DNA of 64,000 nt from Poseidonia sp. (GTDB lineage Archaea > Thermoplasmatota > Poseidoniia > Poseidoniales > Poseidoniaceae): contig JAUREJ010000005.1 of assembly GCA_030827475.1 (NCBI GenBank), positions 2,128 to 66,127 on the forward strand, read 5' to 3'. A model generated the notes under the pieces. That model made no database searches and was not told the origin of the DNA. It worked only from the letters and a program-made list of their open reading frames with translations. Made by a program: the position numbers and the translations under genes. Shown piece by piece: positions 30,727 to 38,752 of the stretch (positions are counted from its first letter, which is position 1; each line of letters opens with the position of its first letter).

Positions 30727-31511
30727 TGCCCGAACTCGTTCCCGCTTTGCTTCGCCAAGAACTCGCCCGTCTTGCTGACGAGGATAAGCGCCTCGACGGT
30801 CGAGGTCGCTGGGACGGCCGCGAGGTCTCCTTGGAAGTCGATTGCCTGTACAACGCCGAAGGCTCTGCCAAGGTTATTATCGGGGGCACGGTTGTCTATG
30901 CCGGTGTCAAATTTGAGTTGCGAACACCTTGGCCAGACCGTCCCACACAAGGCTCCTTGATGTGCGGTGCTGAACTCCGTCCAGTCGCTGGTCGCAAGTA
31001 CGAACCCGGTCCCCCCTCGCCCGAATCGATTGAACTCGGTCGTGTTGTTGACCGTGGCATTCGTGAGTCAGGCTGCATTAACATGGACAGCCTCTGTATC
31101 GTACCTGGCGAGAAGGTTTGGGGCATCATGATCGATATCCACGTTCTCTCCGACCAGGGCAATATCTTCGACGCGTGCGGACTTGCTGCCATCGCAGCAC
31201 TTCGAACGGCTATGGTCCCTGCTGAACGCTTTGACGTTGGCGAGGACCACCGTCTGGAAGTGAACGGCACGCCGATCATGGCGTCGTTCACTCGAGTTGG
31301 CGGCCGTTATGTCTTGGACGCATCTGAGGAAGAAGAGTTGGGCGGTGACGAACGCATTCACATCACCCTCGGGGATGAAGGGCATCTCCATTCGTTACAG
31401 AAGGGGCTAAAAGGAGTGTTCACTCCCGCCGAGTTTGCCGAGATCTTTGAGGTGGCGCAACAACGGTGTGTTGAACTTCGAAAACTCGTTGCGGAAAAGG
31501 AGGGGAATTGA
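30726..31511 (+). CDS. rrp42: Exosome complex subunit Rrp42
   Basis: RLDGR, AEGSA, IELGRVVDRGIRES and GNIFDA motifs. ATG overlaps the rrp41 stop. Confidence 0.95.
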   Translation: MPELVPALLRQELARLADEDKRLDGRGRWDGREVSLEVDCLYNAEGSAKVIIGGTVVYAGVKFELRTPWPDRPTQGSLMCGAELRPVAGRKYEPGPPSPESIELGRVVDRGIRESGCINMDSLCIVPGEKVWGIMIDIHVLSDQGNIFDACGLAAIAALRTAMVPAERFDVGEDHRLEVNGTPIMASFTRVGGRYVLDASEEEELGGDERIHITLGDEGHLHSLQKGLKGVFTPAEFAEIFEVAQQRCVELRKLVAEKEGN

Positions 31512-31904
31512 TTGGCCAAGCGAACCCAAAAAGCAGGTGCAACAGCACGATTTGGAGCACGCTACGGTGTGTCCGTCCGCCGAAATGCGGGTGCCGCCAT
31601 GGCGAAGCGATCCCGGAAGTACACCTGTCCCGTCTGCCAGTACCCCAAGGTTGAGCGTCAATCCGTCGGTATCTGGTCCTGCAAGAAGTGCGATCACACC
31701 TTCGCCGGTGGTGCTTGGGAACCGTTCACCCGTGCATCCGATGCGAACAACCGCATTCTCCGTCGCTCTGTCGAAGGTGCGACCACGGCCGATATGGCCT
31801 TCATCGCACAGGAGGCAGCCATGAACTACGAGCGTGAACTCGCCAACCGCGCACCGGTCGGTGAAGAAGAGGCCGCTCCAGAGGCTGCCGACGAAGAAGA
31901 GTGA
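31512..31904 (+). CDS. rpl37ae: 50S ribosomal protein L37Ae (eL43) with acidic C-terminal extension
   Basis: RFGARYG, CPVC and GIWSCKKC..FAGGA motifs. TTG start after a GGAGG RBS. Confidence 0.95.
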   Translation: MAKRTQKAGATARFGARYGVSVRRNAGAAMAKRSRKYTCPVCQYPKVERQSVGIWSCKKCDHTFAGGAWEPFTRASDANNRILRRSVEGATTADMAFIAQEAAMNYERELANRAPVGEEEAAPEAADEEE

Positions 31905-31921
31905 TTCGGAGCGGGGCGCCC

Positions 31922-32146
31922 ATGTGGCAACTCAACCTTACCATCGCCTCACGCTCAACCGATGACACGCGAGCATTGGCTGCGTGCCTCGCCACCGATT
32001 GCGATGTTACATGGCTCAATGAAGACGCTTTTTCTCTTCACCTTGAAGAAGCCGCCTGCAAGGACTTGCGAGCGATGTGGAACACCCGCCTTCGTGGTCT
32101 TATTGCAACGGATAACGTGCTGAAGGTGTTCGGAAAGCATTCTTGA
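31922..32146 (+). CDS. pcc1: KEOPS complex subunit Pcc1-like
   Basis: 74 aa with DLRAMWNTRLR, matching the Pcc1 LRAxxNxxLR pattern. Canonical position before prefoldin beta. Confidence 0.7.
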   Translation: MWQLNLTIASRSTDDTRALAACLATDCDVTWLNEDAFSLHLEEAACKDLRAMWNTRLRGLIATDNVLKVFGKHS

Positions 32147-32178
32147 ACCACGGCCTCGCCCTGTGGATTGGTGAGCCT

Positions 32179-32490
32179 GTGGAAAACATCGATCAACTTC
32201 AACTGGTGGTTGCCGAAGTCCAAGCAGCCCGTCAGCAAGTCAGCAGCGTTCGTGCCCAAGTCCAAGAATTGGAGGGCACCATTGCAGCGGTGCAATCCCA
32301 GCCAGAGGGTCTCGCTCTGCACCGTCAATTGGGCGGTGTTTTGATTGAAGTAGCCGACCGAGAAGCGTTGATTTCTGACCTCAAAGAAACGCTTGTTTCG
32401 TTGACCACCCACCTTGAACGGTTCTCTGAGCGGGAAAAACAGTTGATTCAAACCTATGAGGAGTTGAAAAAGTCCCTGCAAGGTGCTTGA
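32179..32490 (+). CDS. pfdB: Prefoldin beta subunit
   Basis: Coiled-coil / beta-hairpin (HRQLGGVLIE) / coiled-coil layout. GTG start after GGTGA. Operon context. Confidence 0.88.
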   Translation: MENIDQLQLVVAEVQAARQQVSSVRAQVQELEGTIAAVQSQPEGLALHRQLGGVLIEVADREALISDLKETLVSLTTHLERFSEREKQLIQTYEELKKSLQGA

Positions 32491-32492
32491 CA

Positions 32493-33500
32493 ATGAAGGA
32501 CGAATCGTTCGTTGTGAATGACCTTCAGCGTCTGCATGAATGGCTTCTGTCCGCGGTGTCAAACGGACCCGTGGCGGTGATCACCGGTAAAAACGGAGAC
32601 ATGGACACTGTCGGTTCAGCGGTTGCACTCGCTGCAAGTCACCCCAGCATGATGGCCTTTGGGCTTCACCTCGGAAGGCTAGCAAAGCAACTTGTCGACC
32701 AGCACCGAGCCCCATTCCGTAAAGTCGCTCAAAACCATGCGGCGTGGCCAACCGAACTTGCAGCCGCTGTGGTCGTTGACGCGGCCTCGCCCGAACAGGT
32801 TGGCTTTCCAATGCCGGATGTACCGCTTTGCATCATCGATCATCACGCAACGGATGCTTGGGAACTCGGTGAAAACGATTTGGCCTTGAAATGGGATGTA
32901 CGTTCAACCACCGAGGTGGTTTCACGTTACCTCGAACGTCATGTTCCTGAAGCATTAACACCACCAGTTTGCGAATTCCTCTTGGCCGGTTTGGTCTCGG
33001 ACACCGGTCGGTTCCGCCACGCAGACAGCGGTGCCTTCCGCACTGCTGCCTTGCTCGTTGAGCGTGGTGAAATCGATTATCAGGTCTTCATTGAATCCCT
33101 TGAAGACCAATCCCCCAGCCCGAGCGATAGGGGAGCCATCCTTCGTGGATTGCAACGTGCAGACGCCACTGAAGCCGGCCCCTGGACCGTCCTGCGCACC
33201 ACCTCAGGAACATTGGAGGGGAGGGTTGCAAGCCTCCTCAACGGTTTAGGGGCTGACGCTGTGGTCGTAACACGCCATCGTCACGGTGAAACGCGTCTTA
33301 CCGTACGTGCTCCTCGCTCAAGTGTTCTTGCTGGCTTGCACATGGGCGTCATCATGGAACGGGTTGCTCAATCCATCGGTGGCGAGGGTGGAGGACATGA
33401 CGGCGCAGCAGGTTGGGCAGGCAATGCTGACCCCATTGCAGCCGAAACAGCATTCCTTGATGCCGTGGCGCGAGTGAAGAGGCAGGAGGTTGGACCATGA
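32493..33500 (+). CDS. DHH/DHHA1 family phosphoesterase
   Basis: NGDMDTVGS, VVD, IIDHH, SDTGRF and GGGHDGAAG motifs. Confidence 0.92.
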   Translation: MKDESFVVNDLQRLHEWLLSAVSNGPVAVITGKNGDMDTVGSAVALAASHPSMMAFGLHLGRLAKQLVDQHRAPFRKVAQNHAAWPTELAAAVVVDAASPEQVGFPMPDVPLCIIDHHATDAWELGENDLALKWDVRSTTEVVSRYLERHVPEALTPPVCEFLLAGLVSDTGRFRHADSGAFRTAALLVERGEIDYQVFIESLEDQSPSPSDRGAILRGLQRADATEAGPWTVLRTTSGTLEGRVASLLNGLGADAVVVTRHRHGETRLTVRAPRSSVLAGLHMGVIMERVAQSIGGEGGGHDGAAGWAGNADPIAAETAFLDAVARVKRQEVGP

Positions 33501-34567
33501 CCGTCATTGACACGCCCGTTGGACCGGGGATTTTCGTTTCAAAGTGGAGGGAAGAAGGCCCGGTGGGCAGCGACGTTCTTCTCTCTTGGAAAGAGGATAT
33601 GAACTGGCCATCGTGGTTAATCCTCGCAGAAGCTGCCCTTTTCATGGATGCACCGGAACTTCTTGACGCCATGGACCCGCACCTGACGGCGGGTGAGCGT
33701 GCAGTTCTTGGCTTGGTGCGTCGCCGGTGGCTTGGCGATACGCATCTTGAAGAGGCGATTGAAGAGGCGCTTCAAGTTGTTCGCGCACCGGATACACGAG
33801 ACTTGGCCCTTGAAGGCCGCCTCAGAATGGAACGTGGCCTTGCGAGATTTGAACGCGGCGATGCAACTGGTGCAGAGGACGACCTGACCTGGGCTGAAGT
33901 CCGCTTGAAGTCCGTTGCAAAAGCGAGCAGAGATCACGACTTGTCGTTGCTGAACAAAGCGGCCTATCACATGGCGCAAGGCGAATCTCTGATGGCGCTT
34001 CAGGTGTATGGGGACATTTCAAGGAATGGCGGACATGCTCACGAAACAATCGCCATCTCCCGGCTCGGTGCCAGCAGAATTCGCCAAGCCTTAGGTCACA
34101 CTTTTGACGCCTGTCGACATGCTTGGAACGCCCATAAACACGCCATCCTCGCATCGCAAATTCAAATGGCGATTGAAGCAGGGGCGTTATTCCTTGACCT
34201 TGCATGCGAGCATCAGAACAGGGAGGCTGAGCCGATGCACGTTCAGGTTGAACAAGCAAAACCCATCGACCTCAATGAAGTTCGGCCGATGTTGGAGGTG
34301 CACCCTGACGACATCAACGGTGTTTTTGATTGGTGCGTAGAACATATGGATGCTGGATTTAGCGGAGTTGAACGTCCCGATGTTCGAGCGATGTTAACGC
34401 TCGCCCATCGCATGGATCGGATGGAACGGTTTGCAGCCTTGATGCAAGACCCCTCCCAAGTGGACGACCCGATGTTGGCTGCGGTGGCGCAAGCATGCGC
34501 TGAAACCGAAGAAGAAACCAAGGTTTGGGGTCAACGCCTCGCAGTTCTCACCTCGTTGACCTCATGA
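33497..34567 (+). CDS. Hypothetical alpha-helical (TPR-like) protein
   Basis: 356-aa ORF translationally coupled (ATGA) to the DHH gene, with helical-repeat-like Ala/Leu patterning. Confidence 0.7.
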   Translation: MTVIDTPVGPGIFVSKWREEGPVGSDVLLSWKEDMNWPSWLILAEAALFMDAPELLDAMDPHLTAGERAVLGLVRRRWLGDTHLEEAIEEALQVVRAPDTRDLALEGRLRMERGLARFERGDATGAEDDLTWAEVRLKSVAKASRDHDLSLLNKAAYHMAQGESLMALQVYGDISRNGGHAHETIAISRLGASRIRQALGHTFDACRHAWNAHKHAILASQIQMAIEAGALFLDLACEHQNREAEPMHVQVEQAKPIDLNEVRPMLEVHPDDINGVFDWCVEHMDAGFSGVERPDVRAMLTLAHRMDRMERFAALMQDPSQVDDPMLAAVAQACAETEEETKVWGQRLAVLTSLTS

Positions 34568-34975
34568 TGAGAAAAGACGAGCGAGGTCTTCGAATTCCTG
34601 TTCTGTCCACGCGATGACGGACGGCGTGGTTGACCACCACCGGACCGAAGCCACCTTCTCGTCGTCCACGAACCAAGCGTCCGAGGTTGTTGGAGGAACA
34701 CGGACATGACCGACCCACCCTTCGGGGTAATACGTGCGATTCCACGAAACCAATTTTCCAGACAAACCGGTCTCTTCTTTGAGTTCTCTGCAAAGGGCGA
34801 TGTCGGGCGCTTCACCTTCCTCGAGGTGACCACCAGGGATTTCCCAACCTCGTTCAGGATGTTCAACGAAGAGAACACGACCCCCTTCTCCCATTGGCGT
34901 AGGTTCTTCGCCTTCAACGGTCACCCATGCAAGCACAAAGCGGGGGCGAACATCGGTCACCTTCTCACCTACCAT
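34562..34975 (-). CDS. NUDIX hydrolase
   Basis: Nudix box GGHLEEGEAPDIALCRELKEETGL. Start uncertain. Confidence 0.9.
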   Translation of the reverse strand: MVGEKVTDVRPRFVLAWVTVEGEEPTPMGEGGRVLFVEHPERGWEIPGGHLEEGEAPDIALCRELKEETGLSGKLVSWNRTYYPEGWVGHVRVPPTTSDAWFVDDEKVASVRWWSTTPSVIAWTEQEFEDLARLFSS

Positions 34976-35967
34976 TCCGATTGTATGCGTACAAGCCACG
35001 CTTCAGCCCACGATTCTCCGCTGGCGACCAGACGTCTGGCGAGGAAGAAAGCAGCCTGGACATCTCCTTTTTCAAGCAAGGTTGCAAGTTTTGTTTCGTC
35101 CGGGTGCGCCGTGTTTTCTTCGGTCAGATTTTGAGGGTCGGCTCTTTTTTCCTCGGGTGAAGAGATTCGGTCGGTCAGGGTTTGCATGCCCTTCAAAAAC
35201 GCCTCTCGGTGTTCGATGGTTGGACCGGACCATGCTTTCTTTTCCTCACCGTCCATGTTTCCCTTCAGGCGCTCAAGGAAGCGATCCCGCTCCTCGCTGT
35301 GCGGCCGCAACTGTTGAACTTGGTCGTAACATGACCATGCATGGTCGGCTTCGCCTCGACGTTCGTGCAGGCGTCCGAGTTCAAGCCACAACTCATGGTT
35401 CATCGGCCGGTGGGCGAGCAAGTGCCGTGCAAGGTCGATGAACATCTCGATGTGTCCTGCAGAGCGGATTCTCTCGAGACGGCGCCCGTAGACGATGTTG
35501 GCCCTTTGGTCACGGAAATCAAGCCTTCGACAACGCTCTGCGAACTGGTCAAGCGTGGAACGGGGTTGGTTGCCCGACACCTGTTTCCACCACATTTCGG
35601 GGTCCAGAGCATCGTTTGCGAAGGTTGCTTCGAGCAAGGTTCTCCCGTGAGCAAGGAAGTCAATGCCCTTGAGTTGTTCAACTTGCTCGGGGTCTCTGCC
35701 GAGGACGCTGAAGACATCTTCAAGAACGGTGTGCAAGCCCTCGGCGTCGCCGTTCAGCACTTTTAATTCGGCAAGACAACGCCAATTTCTCTCGTCCGTA
35801 AAATCATGGAGAAGGGCCTGGCGAGCATTCTGCTCTGCCCAGGCAAGGTTCTCCTTGGAACGTGAAGGGTCGTCTTTTGCCAGTTTTGCAAATTTTTGTG
35901 CTGTTGAGCGGTACCGATTCCCAAGGTTCCTTCGCGGATGCTGGAGAAGGTCTTGGCTGTCGCTCAT
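34969..35967 (-). CDS. TPR-containing hypothetical protein
   Basis: TPR-like segment ELWLELGRLHERRGEADHAWSCYDQVQQLRP. Confidence 0.75.
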   Translation of the reverse strand: MSDSQDLLQHPRRNLGNRYRSTAQKFAKLAKDDPSRSKENLAWAEQNARQALLHDFTDERNWRCLAELKVLNGDAEGLHTVLEDVFSVLGRDPEQVEQLKGIDFLAHGRTLLEATFANDALDPEMWWKQVSGNQPRSTLDQFAERCRRLDFRDQRANIVYGRRLERIRSAGHIEMFIDLARHLLAHRPMNHELWLELGRLHERRGEADHAWSCYDQVQQLRPHSEERDRFLERLKGNMDGEEKKAWSGPTIEHREAFLKGMQTLTDRISSPEEKRADPQNLTEENTAHPDETKLATLLEKGDVQAAFFLARRLVASGESWAEAWLVRIQSEW

Positions 35968-35976
35968 GAAATCGCC

Positions 35977-37248
35977 TCATTGAACGGACATGAAACCCGA
36001 TGGGTCCACACCGTGGTCAATGGTGGCATCGTACCCTATTTTTGAGGTGTTGCCGTCATCGTACCTTGATGGGTCCAAGGAACTCCCCTTTTGGTTGCTG
36101 AGAATCAGCGTGTCCTTGTCGGGCTGCCAGCGGGTCATCAGGGCCCATTCCACGCGTACGGGGTCCGTGATGTCGATGTCTTCGTCGACCACAGTCACCA
36201 TCTTCATGCTCTTGTGTCCGTCGAAAGCTGCCTTGATGGCTTTCATCCCGTCATCAGGGTTGACTTTCTTGATTTTCAAAACCGCACCAAGCCAACCACA
36301 ACCGCCCTCGGTCATGTGCACATCGGTGCAGGTCACCACCTTATTCACAGCGTCTTTGATGGTCGGTGCGCGAGGGAGACCCATCAGCGTCTTGTGTTCA
36401 GCCTCTCCGGGAATCAACGCGTGAAAGATGGGTTCCTTCCTGTGGGATAACCCATCAATTTCGATCACCGGTTCTTGACGGATATCGTCAACGGTTCCGG
36501 TGATGTCGACGTACGGTCCTTCCTCATCGTCCTCGAGGGTGATTCGCCCCCACCACACGTATTCTGCGTCGGCGGGTGCGTGAACGCCGTTTGGTAATTT
36601 GACAAGTTGGAGAGGGTTGCCGTACAGCTTTTCATGCAACGCAGCAGCGATGGTTAACTCGTCGATGTTTTCGTTGAAGGACATTGCAGCTGCGAGCAAA
36701 ACAACGGGGTCGGGGGCGTTAACGATGGCGACGTGCACTTCTCGCCCTTCCGCTCTTGCGTTCATCACCATGGTGCGCAGATGCCGGGGGACGAGTCGAA
36801 CCACGAGGTGATTTGCATCCCTGAGAAATTGTCGGTGGAAGGAAACGTTTCGTATGCCGTTGTCTTCGGCGATGATAATGCTCGCAGAAGAGTATCGCCC
36901 TCGGTCTTGTGGCCAATGGTGTGGAATCGGGATGGTTCGCAAATCGACTTGGTCGGGTTGCACTTCGCAACAAGGCGCTTCGGTTGGAGCAACGGTCACC
37001 GGTTGGCCTGGATGCTTCATGGCCCAGCCCAAGGTGTCGATGTACGCTTCAGGTTCAATCCCGATTGCAGCGCACAACCGGTCCCTTGTCAACATGTTTA
37101 CCGCCGCACGGTGACCGGGGCATTCCTGAATCGTGTTGAACACGGTCATGGCGTGGCCGCTGGCCTTTGAGTGGTTGAGCATACCGTGCACGAGACTCAC
37201 CGGAGCGTTCTCGTGTTCAGCGGCGCCAAGATGGTCGCGAAAGGCCAT
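35977..37248 (-). CDS. UbiD-family (prFMN) decarboxylase, probably anhydromevalonate-phosphate decarboxylase type
   Basis: NVSFHRQ, RLVPRHL, EEGPYVDITGTVD, HALIPGEAEH, VVDEDID and GSSLDPS motifs. Start ATG 37248. Confidence 0.85.
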   Translation of the reverse strand: MAFRDHLGAAEHENAPVSLVHGMLNHSKASGHAMTVFNTIQECPGHRAAVNMLTRDRLCAAIGIEPEAYIDTLGWAMKHPGQPVTVAPTEAPCCEVQPDQVDLRTIPIPHHWPQDRGRYSSASIIIAEDNGIRNVSFHRQFLRDANHLVVRLVPRHLRTMVMNARAEGREVHVAIVNAPDPVVLLAAAMSFNENIDELTIAAALHEKLYGNPLQLVKLPNGVHAPADAEYVWWGRITLEDDEEGPYVDITGTVDDIRQEPVIEIDGLSHRKEPIFHALIPGEAEHKTLMGLPRAPTIKDAVNKVVTCTDVHMTEGGCGWLGAVLKIKKVNPDDGMKAIKAAFDGHKSMKMVTVVDEDIDITDPVRVEWALMTRWQPDKDTLILSNQKGSSLDPSRYDDGNTSKIGYDATIDHGVDPSGFMSVQ

Positions 37249-37403
37249 GGTTTCTCCACACCGGCGCATTGCTTGAAGTTGTTCCTGAAATTTGAACAGG
37301 GGCACGGGGTCAAAACCAAATGACGCCGCCTTGGTTCCGCTCGTCGTGAGGGATTTGATTAAATAGGGGCGGTAAGTCGGCAACTTGCTTCAATGAGGTG
37401 AAC

Positions 37404-37835
37404 ATGATGGGCAGAGGACTCTTCGCAGGTGCTAAGATGGCCAAGGACCGACAAAAGTTTCGTTGGTCAGACCGTCGATACAAGAAGCGCATGTTGAAGT
37501 CGCGGGCCAAGCATGACCCTCTTGCGGGGTCGACCCAAGCCAAGGGTATCGTTGTCGAAAAAGTCGGCATCGAGGCCAAGCAGCCCAACTCCGGAATCCG
37601 AAAGGCCGTGAAAATCTCCCTCATCAAAAACGGCAACAAACTCACCGCCTTTGCTCCCGGCGACGGAGCCATCAACTTCATCGATGAGCACGATGAAGTC
37701 ATGGTGGAAGGTATCGGTGGGCGCATGGGCCGGTCATACGGTGACATCCCAGGAGTTCGCTACAAAGTCATTCAAGTCAACGGCGTCTCGCTTGATGAGA
37801 TGGTCCGAGGGCGCAAGGAGAAACCTGTCCGTTGA
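37404..37835 (+). CDS. rps12: 30S ribosomal protein S12 (uS12)
   Basis: [13 protein letters not shown] and [10 protein letters not shown] motifs. Confidence 0.97.
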   Translation: MMGRGLFAGAKMAKDRQKFRWSDRRYKKRMLKSRAKHDPLAGSTQAKGIVVEKVGIEAKQPNSGIRKAVKISLIKNGNKLTAFAPGDGAINFIDEHDEVMVEGIGGRMGRSYGDIPGVRYKVIQVNGVSLDEMVRGRKEKPVR

Positions 37836-37842
37836 GGTGTTG

Positions 37843-38457
37843 ATGATGAGCGAGGAAGAATCCATAGTTGTTGAAGTCAAACCCATCGCTGGAATCGGCA
37901 CTAAGGTTTTCGGAAAGTGGGATGCTTCCGAAGTCACGTGCCGGGACCCCGGACTCGCTCCCTACATCAACTTGACAACGGTCGGTGTCCCTCATACCGG
38001 TGGTCGACACGCCAATGCCTGGTTTGGAAAATCCAAGCTCTCCGTCGTTGAGCGCTACATCAACAAACTCATGCGCACCGGTCCTTACACCGGCAAAAAA
38101 ATGGGCGCTATGAAGGCTTTTGAGGGCGCCTTGGACCACATCGCTGAACGCTCTGGGAACAACCCCCTCCAAGTCTTTGTTGACGCCATCTGTTCGGCAG
38201 CCCCCATGGAAGAGATCACCCGAATCAAGTTTGGTGCCGTCTCCCAGCCAAAGGCCGTTGACTCCTCACCGTCTCGCCGCCTCGATATCGCCCTCGCCAA
38301 TTTGGCCAAGGGCGCCCAACAGGGGACGCACAAGTCCAAGCGCACCCTGCAGAGTTGCATCATCAACGAGCTCACGAAAGCCAGCGATGGTGATGTGACT
38401 TCCTACGCCGTAAGCAAGAAAGAAGAACTTGAGCGCATCGCTGCCTCGGCTCGTTGA
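37843..38457 (+). CDS. rps7: 30S ribosomal protein S7 (uS7)
   Basis: FGKWD, NPLQVFVDAI, AVDSSPSRRLD and KKEELERIAASAR motifs. Confidence 0.96.
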   Translation: MMSEEESIVVEVKPIAGIGTKVFGKWDASEVTCRDPGLAPYINLTTVGVPHTGGRHANAWFGKSKLSVVERYINKLMRTGPYTGKKMGAMKAFEGALDHIAERSGNNPLQVFVDAICSAAPMEEITRIKFGAVSQPKAVDSSPSRRLDIALANLAKGAQQGTHKSKRTLQSCIINELTKASDGDVTSYAVSKKEELERIAASAR

Positions 38458-38745
38458 AGCACCGGGGTCTTTGCGCCACGCTCTTGCATGGGTGTTGTTG
38501 AGGCAAGTTCTCAATCCATTGAGCCGTTGCTTCCAACCTCGGCCTCCTTTGTTTCCCGGACAAAGCCTCGCCTTGACAGGGGTCACTCCTGGTGCTTCCG
38601 TTTCACGCCATCATGGCTCAAGTCTTCACGGATTGAGAGCCGTGTTTGGGTTGCACCGTTTCGCCCTCAGCGATGCCGTTCCGGGAGGTCTTCAACGCGG
38701 CACTTAAGAACCCGGTTCAGGTGGGCAGGGACAACCGAACCGGGT
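38456..38745 (+). other. Structured intergenic spacer between rps7 and EF-2 (candidate cis-regulatory RNA or ncRNA)
   Basis: 12-bp closing stem 38456-38467/38587-38598 with two G.U pairs. Hairpins at 38612-38644 and 38710-38745, the latter a perfect 9-bp stem. Confidence 0.4.
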
Positions 38746-38752
38746 GGTATCC

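Noticed and set aside
38456..38745. 5S rRNA, SRP RNA, RNase P RNA or a known riboswitch in the rps7-EF2 spacer
   Set aside because: The conserved motifs I know for these RNAs are absent on both strands. It is kept only as an unclassified structure.
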